DNA from: a virus
Taxonomy: Duplodnaviria > Caudoviricetes
IMG/VR virus record: IMGVR_UViG_3300027833_000054
Location: 1-59,827 of that record
DNA length: 59,827 nucleotides
Reading direction: 5' to 3' (one strand)
The notes under the pieces were generated by a model. That model was given only the letters and a program-made list of their open reading frames with translations, searched no databases and was not told the DNA's origin. How positions within the stretch are numbered: the stretch's first letter is position 1; each line of letters starts with the position of its first letter. The position numbers were made by a program, and so were the translations under genes. Shown piece by piece: positions 1 through 9,363 of this stretch.

Positions 1-47
1 TACAAGCATTGCGTACAGCCGTGAAAGCCGCTAACCCAAAGGGGTAA
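1..47 (+). CDS. 3' end of a small tail-associated protein (partial)
   Basis: Open frame from position 3 (QALRTAVKAANPKG*), ending just before the ATG at 51. The ...VKAxxPK end is typical of small phage tail-fibre-associated proteins. Confidence 0.5.
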   Translation, partial: QALRTAVKAANPKG

Positions 48-50
48 GTT

Positions 51-524
51 ATGACTACAACTATTACAGGGGCAACGGGCATTGATAACATCAAGGCAGC
101 TACGGGTGCGGTTATTCAGGTCGTTCAAAATGCGGTGAACTCTCCATCGTATACAAACGCAAGTGGCTCTTATGTAGCAATAGCAGATATGACAGTAACG
201 ATTACACCTCAATCTTCATCCAGTAAAGTATTAGTTACTTTTAATTGCGGTGGGGCTGTTGTTGGGCAATCAACTAACCACGAAAATATTCATGTAAGAA
301 TCAAAAGAGGTTCTACTGTAGTCAGGGAATTAGGCCGTTATGGTTTTAATCGTGTTGATGACTACACTTCATTGCCATTATTTATTACATACTTAGACAG
401 TCCAAACACTACGTCTGCAACTACTTACACAGTTGAAATGAAAATTGATAATGGGACTGTTCAAATGAATAGAGATAATGTCTTGAATGGCAGTGTCACT
501 ATTGCACAGGAGATCGCAGGATGA
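51..524 (+). CDS. small tail fibre / receptor-binding module
   Basis: 157 aa, Thr/Ser-rich beta-sandwich-like (VIQVVQ...ITPQSSSSKVLV...YLDSPNTTSATTY...QEIAG), a pattern common in marine phage tail regions. Confidence 0.65.
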   Translation: MTTTITGATGIDNIKAATGAVIQVVQNAVNSPSYTNASGSYVAIADMTVTITPQSSSSKVLVTFNCGGAVVGQSTNHENIHVRIKRGSTVVRELGRYGFNRVDDYTSLPLFITYLDSPNTTSATTYTVEMKIDNGTVQMNRDNVLNGSVTIAQEIAG

Positions 525-1030
525 GCTACTTAGGCAGAAGCGCAAAGCTAAGTTTAAAAGCGCAGGAAAAGGTTTCCTTCTTAGCAACAGCAGGACAGAC
601 AGAGAAGACAGGTCTTAGCTACACAGTGGGATTCATTGAAGTCTACGTCAATGGCGTATTACTAACTGACACTACAGACTTCACAGCCACCAACGGCAAC
701 AGTGTCACGTTCACAGTAGCACTGCTATTGAATGATGAAGTGACTGTGATCTCACTCAAGACGTTTACTGTGGCAGATCATTACACTAAGTCTGAGGTTG
801 ATACACTCAACTACACAAAGACAGCCTCCGATGCACGATTCAAAGCGATTGGAGCAGCAGAGGGTGGGCCTAGCTTGGGTACTAGTAGCGTGATACGCAC
901 TAACGCCAAAGTCATTGATGAAAACATAACCTTTACTGGCAACGAGAACGGATCGTCCGTGGGGCCAATTACTGTGGCAGCAGGTAGGGTAATTACAGTA
1001 GCCTCTGGAAGTACGTGGGTGGTCTTATGA
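521..1030 (+). CDS. tail fibre-associated structural protein
   Basis: ATAGQT...VYVNGVLL...DFTATNG domain, paralogous to the C-terminus of 58618-59827. C-terminal SSVGPITVAAGRVITVASGSTWVVL. Confidence 0.65.
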   Translation: MSYLGRSAKLSLKAQEKVSFLATAGQTEKTGLSYTVGFIEVYVNGVLLTDTTDFTATNGNSVTFTVALLLNDEVTVISLKTFTVADHYTKSEVDTLNYTKTASDARFKAIGAAEGGPSLGTSSVIRTNAKVIDENITFTGNENGSSVGPITVAAGRVITVASGSTWVVL

Positions 1031-1380
1031 GTACAGTTAAGTGCAACGATCTAACAAACGTCACGGGTGGCATTCCTACTGTTAAAAGCCAGCAGCTAAT
1101 ACCTACGGCTTGGGTTAACTTTAATGGCACAGGTACAGTGGCTATTAGGGACAGTGAGAATGTGAGTAGTATTACTGATAATAGTACTGGTAATTATACA
1201 ATGAACTTTACAGTAACAATGGCTAATAGTAATTATGTGGCAGCAGGTTCAACAGATACTAACTCAGCTAAATTGACTGCTAGGGCTACAGGGTCTTGTA
1301 CAGTAGTGCTAGTTGACCAGAATAACACTGCCGAAGATCGTAGTTATGCTGGTGTAATAATCATGGGAGGGCAATCATAA
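1027..1380 (+). CDS. tail fibre module (AWVNFNG type)
   Basis: ATG at 1027 overlaps the upstream TGA. AWVNFNGTGTVAIRDSENVSSITDNSTGNY motif; paralog of the next gene. Confidence 0.65.
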   Translation: MSTVKCNDLTNVTGGIPTVKSQQLIPTAWVNFNGTGTVAIRDSENVSSITDNSTGNYTMNFTVTMANSNYVAAGSTDTNSAKLTARATGSCTVVLVDQNNTAEDRSYAGVIIMGGQS

Positions 1381-1754
1381 TGAGTACAATCAAAGCAAAC
1401 ACCCTCCTGCACTCAGACGGAACCACAACGACTCAGCCCTCAATACCAGCGTTAGACCAGCGTATGGCAAAGGCTTGGGTTAAATTCAGAGGGCTAGATA
1501 CATTAGCTATTAATGATTCTTACAATGTCAGTTCAATTACAGATAATGGAGTTGGGCAGTATACTGTGAACTTTACCACAGCTATGGCTAATTCTACTTA
1601 TAGTCCTTTATCAAGTGGTTCTTATTATAATTGGGATTCACATTACCAAACATCACATCATACTACTTCTTATTTTAGAATCAATGCTATTCGTGCTCAC
1701 ACTCATGCGTTCAACGATACAGACATTATAACGGGCGTAGTGTTCGGAAACTAA
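1380..1754 (+). CDS. tail fibre module (AWVxF type), paralog of 1027-1380
   Basis: AKAWVKFRG...DSYNVSSITDNGVGQYTVNF. Confidence 0.65.
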   Translation: MSTIKANTLLHSDGTTTTQPSIPALDQRMAKAWVKFRGLDTLAINDSYNVSSITDNGVGQYTVNFTTAMANSTYSPLSSGSYYNWDSHYQTSHHTTSYFRINAIRAHTHAFNDTDIITGVVFGN

Positions 1755-1777
1755 GGAACAAACAAAGGAACAAACAA

Positions 1778-1990
1778 ATGAAAATCATATACCAAGAAGC
1801 AGACGGAAATGTTTGCGTAATAACCCCCGCAGCTAACTGTTCCTTAACTGACGCACAGACTGCTTTAAAAGACGTACCAACGGGATTGAAGTTTAAGATT
1901 GTCGCTGACGATGTAGTACCCTCAGACCGCACATTCAGAAACGCTTGGGCAGTGGACGAGGCTACGTTGACGGATGGAGTGGGTGACTAA
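1778..1990 (+). CDS. putative tail fibre assembly protein
   Basis: 70 aa, KDVPTG...PSDRTFRNAW motif; sits among tail modules. Confidence 0.55.
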   Translation: MKIIYQEADGNVCVITPAANCSLTDAQTALKDVPTGLKFKIVADDVVPSDRTFRNAWAVDEATLTDGVGD

Positions 1991-2427
1991 TGGCTACAGT
2001 AATACGAGGTGATGACGACTTTGATACTACACCCCCATCAGTTGGCAAGGTAGTTTTAAGTAGTGGAAATATTTCAAACACAAGCACTTCATTCGTTGAT
2101 GTGACAGGTGCTTCTATTACGATTACCACAGGTGCTAATCCAATTTATATTGGTGCTTGCTTTTCAATGAGAAACAACAATGTTAATTATGATACTTCTT
2201 TTAACTTCACTATTGATGGCGCACTTCAAATGGGGAATCTTGGAGTAATACAAGATCAAGGTTCTTCTACCTCTGCATGGAGTCTTTGTTCACCTCATGT
2301 GCAGAGCGTAGCATTATCAGCAGGGTCACACACTATAAAACTACAATGGAAAGTGGCTGGTGGTACATCACTAATGCTTGCTAATGGTAATGAAAACGTA
2401 CAATTCTTTGTAAATGAGATTAAATAA
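1990..2427 (+). CDS. small tail fibre / receptor-binding module
   Basis: 145 aa, STSFVDVTGASITIT...LSAGSHTIKLQWK, ends EIK; similar architecture to 51-524. Confidence 0.55.
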   Translation: MATVIRGDDDFDTTPPSVGKVVLSSGNISNTSTSFVDVTGASITITTGANPIYIGACFSMRNNNVNYDTSFNFTIDGALQMGNLGVIQDQGSSTSAWSLCSPHVQSVALSAGSHTIKLQWKVAGGTSLMLANGNENVQFFVNEIK

Positions 2428-2753
2428 TGATAGTTACACATGAAGTAATGATTAATTGCACTGGCATAACGGGAGAAGAATGCAACGACAACTGCATTAC
2501 ATCGTTAGGGCATGGCACAGACTTTAAACTTAAAGCCCTGTCACCAACGGACACTCTTCATGGGTCAGTTAGCATAATTCATAATGACTCGCCTTTGCCT
2601 CACATCTTCTCTATTGAAGTCTATGAAACAGATGAAGCACCTACGGCTGTAACAAGTCACGGTATCACAACGGGCAGACAAAGCACATTAGCACGACCAG
2701 CAGTCATGCCTACTGAGCAAGACTTAATTAATAAATTGGAGACACTAGCATGA
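2427..2753 (+). CDS. hypothetical protein
   Basis: 108-aa ORF translationally coupled on both sides. Confidence 0.55.
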   Translation: MIVTHEVMINCTGITGEECNDNCITSLGHGTDFKLKALSPTDTLHGSVSIIHNDSPLPHIFSIEVYETDEAPTAVTSHGITTGRQSTLARPAVMPTEQDLINKLETLA

Positions 2754-2980
2754 TTACAGTAGACATGACAAAAGCCAAAGTCATTGCACATGATGCAAGA
2801 CGAGCAGCACGAAACGCAGCCTTTGCACCACTAGACATTAAAGCAACCATTCCTGCGGAGAGTGAATCAGCAGAAGCAGCCCGTGCAACCATCCGTACTA
2901 ACGATGCAGCATTGCAAGTGTCTATGGATGCAGCTAGTGATGCAGATGCACTAAAGGCACTGATGCCAGTAGGAGAATAG
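2750..2980 (+). CDS. putative tail fibre assembly/chaperone protein
   Basis: 76 aa, Ala-rich helical (MITVDMTKAK..AHD.RR.AR...F.PLD); GGAG RBS. Confidence 0.55.
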   Translation: MITVDMTKAKVIAHDARRAARNAAFAPLDIKATIPAESESAEAARATIRTNDAALQVSMDAASDADALKALMPVGE

Positions 2981-2983
2981 CCC

Positions 2984-3766
2984 ATGACCAAGGCAAGAGA
3001 AAACTCGGACTACACAGGGCTGCAAGGTGATCTGGCTTTAAAGTCTCCAGTAGCTAGCCCTGTGTTTACAGGCAACGTGGGCATTAACAATAGTTCGCCC
3101 ACACAGCGTCTCGAAACAAACGGCAATGCTCAGTTTAATATGTATGATGACCCAAGTGGTGCTGGTGGTTACTACACCACTAAAGGTTTACAAATTGGTA
3201 ACGCATTTGACGCAGGGTTATCTGGAGGTGACGATGACCGAAATGCAATTGTGTGGAATGAACGAGGCACAAGTCTTTTATTTGGCACTACTAATCTTGA
3301 GCGTATGCGCATAGACAGTGCTGGTCATGCAATCATTGGTGGCGGTGTAACACTTGGCAATGGTCAGACCTACGCAGCAGCCAATACGCTTGACGATTAT
3401 GAAGAGGGTACTTGGACAGCCACAGCAACTAATGTAGCCGCTACTATTTCAAATACGACTTATACAAAAATAGGCCGCGTAGTTTATGTGACGGGACACC
3501 TTGTTTGTACAGCAACTGCTACAGGGGATGTAACTATAAATGGATTACCCTACGTCCAAAAGCCTTCGTCAAATGGTATTGGTACATGTATGAACTACCT
3601 TGTGAACGTAGCTGGGGGTAGTACATACAATTTTTCTACTTATCTTAGTGGCAGTGGTTTAAGATTTTATAGGTCTGAGGATAATTCTGCGTGGTTGTGG
3701 GCAGGTGCAAGTAGCTTATATAACGGTGCTCAAATTCTTTTTAACTTGACTTACCAAACAACATAG
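2984..3766 (+). CDS. tail fibre protein
   Basis: GNVGIN...ERMRIDSAG...LDDYEEGTWT...YTKIGRVV fibre motifs. Confidence 0.75.
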   Translation: MTKARENSDYTGLQGDLALKSPVASPVFTGNVGINNSSPTQRLETNGNAQFNMYDDPSGAGGYYTTKGLQIGNAFDAGLSGGDDDRNAIVWNERGTSLLFGTTNLERMRIDSAGHAIIGGGVTLGNGQTYAAANTLDDYEEGTWTATATNVAATISNTTYTKIGRVVYVTGHLVCTATATGDVTINGLPYVQKPSSNGIGTCMNYLVNVAGGSTYNFSTYLSGSGLRFYRSEDNSAWLWAGASSLYNGAQILFNLTYQTT

Positions 3767-3777
3767 GAGAATAACGA

Positions 3778-4041
3778 ATGGCATTAACTAAAGTAATTAC
3801 ACAAGACAAGATTGAAGTGGTAGGCGAGTATCGTGCAGTACAGGTGCGCACTTGCACTAAGGTACTAGAAGATGGTGTGGAGCTATCTAGTGGATTCCAC
3901 AGACATCTTGTAAACGCAGGAGATGACTACTCAGCAGAGTCTACAGAAGTCCAAGCAATCTGTGCAGCAGTGCATACCGATGCTGTGGTGGCTGCTTATG
4001 CTGCTCATGTAGCTGCCTCAGCACTAGAGAATAACCCATGA
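3778..4041 (+). CDS. conserved phage protein following LDDYEEG-type fibres
   Basis: MALTK...DKIEVVG...VQVR...FHRH...EVQAIC.AV.T motif; AGGAG RBS. Confidence 0.6.
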   Translation: MALTKVITQDKIEVVGEYRAVQVRTCTKVLEDGVELSSGFHRHLVNAGDDYSAESTEVQAICAAVHTDAVVAAYAAHVAASALENNP

Positions 4042-4091
4042 CCACAGCCAGAGCATCCGCTAGGGCAGCTATAGTTTAACAGGAGAAGTAT

Positions 4092-5531
4092 ATGAGTAAG
4101 TCGAGGGACGCAATAGAAGCCCGACGCACGGCACTGTCAGCAGTCAGCATTGGGACATCAGTACAGGCTTATGATGCTGAAACAGCTAAGCTAGATGTAG
4201 AACAAACATACACAGCCACACAGACCTTTAGGACAGTGGCGGTAACTGGTAATGTAGATGGACGAGATGTATCAGTAGATGGTGCTAAGTTAGACACTAT
4301 CGAAACTAACGCTACTAACTACACACACCCAGCCAACCACGCTATATCGGTGGTCACTGGTTTACAGGCAGCACTAGATGCTAAGGTGGATGACAGTCAG
4401 GTGTTAACCAATGTACCCTCGGGTGCTTTGTTTACTGATACTGCTTATACTCACCCTGCCAATCATGCTATCTCAGTGGTCACTGGATTACAATCAGCAC
4501 TAGATGGTAAGACTACAGAGTCTTATGTAAACACCGCAGTATCTAACCTTGTTGATTCTTCTCCAGCAGCACTAAACACATTAAATGAACTAGCAGCTGC
4601 ACTTGGTGACGATGCTAACTATGCGGCTACCACTACTGCTGCCATTGGCTTAAAAGCACCCATTGCTTCCCCTACATTTACGGGCGACATTGGTATGCCT
4701 AACGGCTCCATTGACAGGGCTATGATTGGTGCAGACCAAGTAGACGGAAGTAAGATTGAAGATGATTCAATTAACTCTGAACACATTGCAGATGGAGCCA
4801 TTGACCTTGCTCACATGAGTTCACAGTCAGTTGATGAAGACAACTTGTATATCTCAAATGCTGGCACTAATGGTCAGTACCTACAGAAACAGTCTGGCAA
4901 CGATGGTGGTTTGACTTGGGCAACTGTGGACACATCATTACTTCTACCCAAAGCTGGCGGTACTATGACGGGCATCACCCATCATGGGGATAGTGTAGAA
5001 AGTAGGTGGGGTGCTAGTGACGATTTAACAATTTACCACGATGGTAGTCATAGCCGTATCAAAGATAGTGGTACAGGGCATTTAGTGTTATCTGCCAGCA
5101 CAGTTCACATTAATAATGCTGCCAGCACTGAAAATATGTTGACGGCTGTACAAGATGGTGCAGTAAATCTATTTCATAACAACGCAGCCAAACTAGCCAC
5201 CACATCCGCAGGTGTATCTGTAACAGGTTCTATGACTGCCTCTGGTAACGTAACAGCTTACTCAGATGAACGCCTCAAGAGCAGAGTTGAAGCAATCCCT
5301 GATGCGCTAAGTAAAGTCCTTAATGTCCGTGGTGTCACCTTTGATATGAATGCAGAGCGTGGTACAGGTGTCATTGCACAGGAGTTAGAGAAAGTTTTAC
5401 CAGAAGCTGTGTTTGATAATGAAGATGGCATGAAGTCTGTAGCTTACGGCAACGTGGTTGGACTTCTCATTGAAGCAATCAAAGAGCAACAGACTCAGAT
5501 TGAAACTCTAATGGACATGGTAGGAGAGTAA
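4092..5531 (+). CDS. tail fibre with C-terminal intramolecular chaperone (peptidase S74-like)
   Basis: LNTLNELAAALGDD fibre motif; YSDERLK...GVIAQELEKVLPEAV...SVAYGNVVGLLIEAIKEQ chaperone; internal duplicated YTHPANHAISVVTGLQxALD. Confidence 0.85.
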   Translation: MSKSRDAIEARRTALSAVSIGTSVQAYDAETAKLDVEQTYTATQTFRTVAVTGNVDGRDVSVDGAKLDTIETNATNYTHPANHAISVVTGLQAALDAKVDDSQVLTNVPSGALFTDTAYTHPANHAISVVTGLQSALDGKTTESYVNTAVSNLVDSSPAALNTLNELAAALGDDANYAATTTAAIGLKAPIASPTFTGDIGMPNGSIDRAMIGADQVDGSKIEDDSINSEHIADGAIDLAHMSSQSVDEDNLYISNAGTNGQYLQKQSGNDGGLTWATVDTSLLLPKAGGTMTGITHHGDSVESRWGASDDLTIYHDGSHSRIKDSGTGHLVLSASTVHINNAASTENMLTAVQDGAVNLFHNNAAKLATTSAGVSVTGSMTASGNVTAYSDERLKSRVEAIPDALSKVLNVRGVTFDMNAERGTGVIAQELEKVLPEAVFDNEDGMKSVAYGNVVGLLIEAIKEQQTQIETLMDMVGE

Positions 5532-5532
5532 T

Positions 5533-6045
5533 ATGGCTTTACCTAGTTCAGGGGCTTTAAGCTTCTCTGCAATCGCCACTGAGTTTGGTGGCTCTGCTCC
5601 ACATTCAATGTCTGAGTATTACCCCTTGGTTGGTCTAGGGGTATCAGGACTTCCATCTAGTGGTACGTTTAACTTCTCGCACTTCCACGGAAAGAGTAAT
5701 CAGGTGACTGTTTCTGTTTGGGTAACTTCTGGTTACAACCAATCTAGTAGTTCATCTGCGTGGGTTTACCAATACCAATCTGCTCCATCTTGGGGGGGAA
5801 CATACTGGTCAACAGGCCGCAACCTTTCGGGGGGAACCATGAGAATTGGTGGTACAAGTTACGGAAGCGCAACGACTGTAACTCTTGGTAATACGCAGTA
5901 CAGAAGGGCGGGTGAACACTCTACAGACTATGATAGGTGGATTAGGTCTTATTATGTGGGGGTTTACAATTATGTCACCACAACCACTAATACTTGGATT
6001 GATACATCATCTTATCAAAACCAAACAACTACAGTAGGAATTTAA
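5533..6045 (+). CDS. putative tail fibre tip/adhesin
   Basis: MALPSSGALSFSAIATEFGG N-terminus of the type that follows S74 fibres; aromatic/Gly-rich C-terminus. Confidence 0.55.
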   Translation: MALPSSGALSFSAIATEFGGSAPHSMSEYYPLVGLGVSGLPSSGTFNFSHFHGKSNQVTVSVWVTSGYNQSSSSSAWVYQYQSAPSWGGTYWSTGRNLSGGTMRIGGTSYGSATTVTLGNTQYRRAGEHSTDYDRWIRSYYVGVYNYVTTTTNTWIDTSSYQNQTTTVGI

Positions 6046-6047
6046 AT

Positions 6048-6407
6048 ATGAAAGGTCTAGTTTATGACTTTAATCTGTCCCACCTTCGCAGGGGTTCAGA
6101 GGAATTAACTTCAAGCGTTAAGCCTGAGTTTAGCTTTGCTTATGACGCACTGAGCTATAGCAGCAATGATGGACTTAATAAGTACCAGTACAATAATGTG
6201 GACACAGATTTAACTGATGCTCAAATAGCAGAGATTGAAACATTTATTGATGGTGTAGAAGTCGATACAGTAGCCCAAGCTAGTGTAGATGCAAAGCAAC
6301 ATCTAGTAGAAACAGATTGGTATATCGTCAGGTTTCAAGAAACAGGCGTGGCTGTACCAGACTCTGTAACTGCATCAAGGGCGGCAGCTAGGGCAGCAAT
6401 TGTATGA
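6048..6407 (+). CDS. putative tail fibre assembly protein
   Basis: C-terminal L.ETDWY.VR..ETG..VP......R..AR motif. Confidence 0.55.
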   Translation: MKGLVYDFNLSHLRRGSEELTSSVKPEFSFAYDALSYSSNDGLNKYQYNNVDTDLTDAQIAEIETFIDGVEVDTVAQASVDAKQHLVETDWYIVRFQETGVAVPDSVTASRAAARAAIV

Positions 6408-6541
6408 GCATAGAGTACAGGGGTGAAACCTTCTCTGGCTACAACAAGCCTAAGCGTAAGTCCTTCAAGGCTAGGCATGGTAAGAACATTGCTAAGGGTA
6501 AATTGAGTGCAGCATACTGGGCTGATAAGGAGAAGTGTTAA
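6404..6541 (+). pseudogene. 45-aa basic ORF, probably an internally deleted copy of a conserved marine phage protein
   Basis: MSIEYRGETFSGYNKPKR|KSFKARHGKNIAKGKLSAAYWADKEKC. Not in the ORF track; coupled to both neighbours. Confidence 0.5.
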
Positions 6542-6768
6542 TGTACGCTATTATACTTGCAGTAATGTTAGCCAATGGTCAGCCTCAAGTACCTACGATA
6601 ATGTCTTCTTACAAAACACTTGATGATTGTAGGAAAGAATTAGTGCGTGTAGGTAAGATAGGAGGATACGAGCCTGTAGTAAGCCCTATGGTTGGGTATG
6701 CAGTGGTTAAGTTAGGGGCTGAAAAGACTATCACAGCCTTCTGTGTCAAGAGCATGGTGAGTATCTAA
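6541..6768 (+). CDS. hypothetical protein with N-terminal hydrophobic/signal segment
   Basis: MYAIILAVMLANG...; two Cys; AAGGAG RBS. Confidence 0.55.
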   Translation: MYAIILAVMLANGQPQVPTIMSSYKTLDDCRKELVRVGKIGGYEPVVSPMVGYAVVKLGAEKTITAFCVKSMVSI

Positions 6769-6950
6769 TGTGGTCTAGTCCGTTAGAACTCTATCCAATT
6801 CATGTGTCACCCGATGTATTCCCTGCAGGTCATAGACCTCTTATTGAACCCCAAACTCACACAGTAAACGCAGAGTACCTCGTAGTGCAACCTTCTCGGG
6901 AGCCATACGGGATTCCCGTAGAGTACACTAGGAGGTTATGGATATGTTAG
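6768..6950 (+). CDS. hypothetical protein
   Basis: 60-aa ORF coupled by TAATG. Confidence 0.45.
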   Translation: MWSSPLELYPIHVSPDVFPAGHRPLIEPQTHTVNAEYLVVQPSREPYGIPVEYTRRLWIC

Positions 6951-7372
6951 CAGAACTAGCAATTGCCAATGCAGCTTTTCAAGTTATTAAACAAACTCTT
7001 GCCAATGGTAAAGAGATAGCAGATGCTGGGTCAGCACTTACAAAGTACTTCGGTGCAAGTCAATCTATACAGCAGAAAGCTGCTATTGGTACTGGTGATG
7101 TACTAGGTGCTTACCAAGCAAAGCAAGCAATAGAACGTCAGGAAAAAGAACTAGAGTGGATGCTAAACAAACAATCTATTCAAGGATACTATAAGTATTG
7201 CCAATTCAGAGATGAGTTTTTTAAGAAGCAGAAAGCAGAAGCGGCAAGACAAAGAGTAAGAGCCAAGAAGATAAAGAGTAATGTAGAGACAGGTTTTCTA
7301 GTAACACTATTAACTGTCCTTTTCTTAGGAGCATTTGTTGGCTTACTAATTTACATAAAAGGTAACTTATAA
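6944..7372 (+). CDS. hypothetical membrane-anchored protein
   Basis: GGAGG RBS 8 nt upstream; C-terminal TM helix; adjacent to the lysis genes. Confidence 0.6.
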   Translation: MLAELAIANAAFQVIKQTLANGKEIADAGSALTKYFGASQSIQQKAAIGTGDVLGAYQAKQAIERQEKELEWMLNKQSIQGYYKYCQFRDEFFKKQKAEAARQRVRAKKIKSNVETGFLVTLLTVLFLGAFVGLLIYIKGNL

Positions 7373-7373
7373 C

Positions 7374-7763
7374 ATGAGCTTTAAACTAGGTAAAAACAGT
7401 ATTAACAATATGGCAGGTATTGATGGCAGACTTATTGATATTGCAGAACTTGCAATTAAACTATCTAACATTGACTTTGGTATCCCTTCTTCTGGTGGCT
7501 TGCGCTCCGAAGCAGATCAAGCAAAGTTGTTTGCAGATGGTGTCTCAAAAGCAGATGGAGTCAGCAACAAGTCATATCACCAATCAGGAAAAGCACTCGA
7601 TGTGTACGCTTACGTAGATGGTAAAGCTTCATGGGATAAACTACATTTAGCTCTCATAGCTACAGCAATGCTACAAGCATCAGCACAGCTAGGTCATGAG
7701 CTTAAGTGGGGTGGCTTATGGAAGTCATGGCAAGACATGCCCCACTTTGAGTTGAGGGATTAG
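7374..7763 (+). CDS. endolysin, L-Ala-D-Glu peptidase (M15 family)
   Basis: GLRS...Q..L...G.S, SYHQSGKALD, WGG.W...DMPHFEL motifs. Confidence 0.9.
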   Translation: MSFKLGKNSINNMAGIDGRLIDIAELAIKLSNIDFGIPSSGGLRSEADQAKLFADGVSKADGVSNKSYHQSGKALDVYAYVDGKASWDKLHLALIATAMLQASAQLGHELKWGGLWKSWQDMPHFELRD

Positions 7764-7765
7764 TT

Positions 7766-8206
7766 ATGGGATGGTTAAGCTTTTTAAATCCAATTGCAAG
7801 TTTAGGTACTACCTACCTTGAAGGTAAGAATCAAGTAGCCAAAGCTAAGTCAGCAGCAGCTATTATAAGTATTGAAGCAGATGCAGACGTTAAGGTCGCA
7901 GGTGCTAAGGCAGCACACAAGCTGGCAGACAATGGTCAGACACAAGACTTTAATTTAGACTTAGTGGCTATGCAACAGATGGACAAGTCATTGCTCGATG
8001 AAGTAATGATTGCCTTATTGCTAGTCCCTATTGCAGCATCATTCTTAGGATACCAAGCAGAAGTAACAGCAGCCTTTGAATCATTTGCAGTAATGCCCGA
8101 GTGGTATCAGTATTTAGTAATAGGTGTTTACGTGGTCAAGTTTGGTATGCGTGGACTTCTTACAAAGTTAGTATCAGGGAAGCTTGGCAGCTTAAGGCCT
8201 AAGTAA
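7766..8206 (+). CDS. putative holin
   Basis: Follows the endolysin; hydrophobic helices, MPEWYQY...FGMRG. Confidence 0.6.
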   Translation: MGWLSFLNPIASLGTTYLEGKNQVAKAKSAAAIISIEADADVKVAGAKAAHKLADNGQTQDFNLDLVAMQQMDKSLLDEVMIALLLVPIAASFLGYQAEVTAAFESFAVMPEWYQYLVIGVYVVKFGMRGLLTKLVSGKLGSLRPK

Positions 8207-8230
8207 CCTTAATATAAGGATATTTATAAA

Positions 8231-8506
8231 ATGGATCAGGATGCAAGGTTTGATAGGCTTGAAGCTAAGTTAGATAGATTAGCAGAAGCTATGGTAAAAC
8301 TCGTAGAGATAGACACAAAGATTGATGGTCTTCTCTTCCACAACAACACACAAGATAATCGTTTAAATAAACATAGTCAAGCTATTGATGAGCACTCTGT
8401 TAAACTAGCCGTTGTAAGTAAATCCAGTGGAGCAAACGAGTGGTTTGTAAGACTACTCATAGCCGCCCTTGTGGCAGGTGTAGCCATCATGATACGTTCC
8501 ACATGA
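8231..8506 (+). CDS. coiled-coil protein with C-terminal TM (holin/XhlA-like)
   Basis: RFDRLEAKLDRL coiled coil plus C-terminal hydrophobic helix. Confidence 0.5.
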   Translation: MDQDARFDRLEAKLDRLAEAMVKLVEIDTKIDGLLFHNNTQDNRLNKHSQAIDEHSVKLAVVSKSSGANEWFVRLLIAALVAGVAIMIRST

Positions 8507-8577
8507 GATGTACAATATGCAGCTCGTATGATGTATCCAAAGGCTCCAAGATTTGTAGGGGCTGTAAGAAAGCTTAA
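8503..8577 (+). CDS. 24-aa CxxC...CxxC micro-protein
   Basis: MRCTICSSYDVSKGSKICRGCKKA*; ATGA overlap with the upstream stop. Confidence 0.4.
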   Translation: MRCTICSSYDVSKGSKICRGCKKA

Positions 8578-8610
8578 GAGATAGTATCAAGAAAATAACA
8601 GGAGAAATAC

Positions 8611-9351
8611 ATGGGTCAATCACTGATCAACTTAAACAAAGATAGACGTACTGGTGATGTGTACTTTGACATTGCTCGTGGGTGCTATGATGATGCAACA
8701 GTTAACCATAAGTTCGGGGTAAACTTAGATATTGACACATCAACAGACCCGGAGACTATCTGGTCTGCTGGAGGTGAGTACCCTTGGAGTGCACTGGATA
8801 CAGCGCAAGTACTATACGTGGTTGTAACCAATGCAGGAGACGTAGGTACAGTCACTGTTGAAGGTTTAGATGAGAACTGGAAGGTAGTGTCAGAAGACAT
8901 TACCAGCACTGGTGCTGCAACCTACGTGACTACAGCCCTATTCAAGAGGGTCTTCAGGGTTCTCTATACAGACACTAACGATAACAACATCGGTGTCATC
9001 ACAGTACGTACAGCTTCTGCAGCAGGAACTATAGTTGCTCAGATAGACCCTGACGTATCCCAGTCATTAATGGCTATCTACTCTGTACCAGCAGGTCACA
9101 CAGCCTATATACGTACCATAGAGTTGACAGTTGATTCTAATAAAGAAGCACGTTTTAGAATACGTGCGAGCACCAATGAGGGTGCATGGAGAGTTAAGCA
9201 TGTTGGCGAGTTGCAAGGTATTTATGTAAGAGACTTTAGTGTACCACTTGTCATGGAAGAGAAGACTGACATTGACTTCTTGATACTGGAGGCTGGGACT
9301 AACAATACCAGTGTGTCTGCTAACTTTGATATAGTTTTAGTTAAGAACTAA
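8611..9351 (+). CDS. putative virion structural protein
   Basis: 246 aa, beta-rich (KFG.N..ID.....ETIW..GG.Y.W; EGLDENW; F.RVFR); AGGAG RBS. Confidence 0.55.
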   Translation: MGQSLINLNKDRRTGDVYFDIARGCYDDATVNHKFGVNLDIDTSTDPETIWSAGGEYPWSALDTAQVLYVVVTNAGDVGTVTVEGLDENWKVVSEDITSTGAATYVTTALFKRVFRVLYTDTNDNNIGVITVRTASAAGTIVAQIDPDVSQSLMAIYSVPAGHTAYIRTIELTVDSNKEARFRIRASTNEGAWRVKHVGELQGIYVRDFSVPLVMEEKTDIDFLILEAGTNNTSVSANFDIVLVKN

Positions 9352-9363
9352 GGAGGCACATAT

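Noticed and set aside
51-6407. Diversity-generating retroelement or invertase shufflon acting on the tail modules
   Set aside because: No reverse transcriptase or recombinase gene and no near-identical TR/VR pair; the paralogs are diverged throughout.
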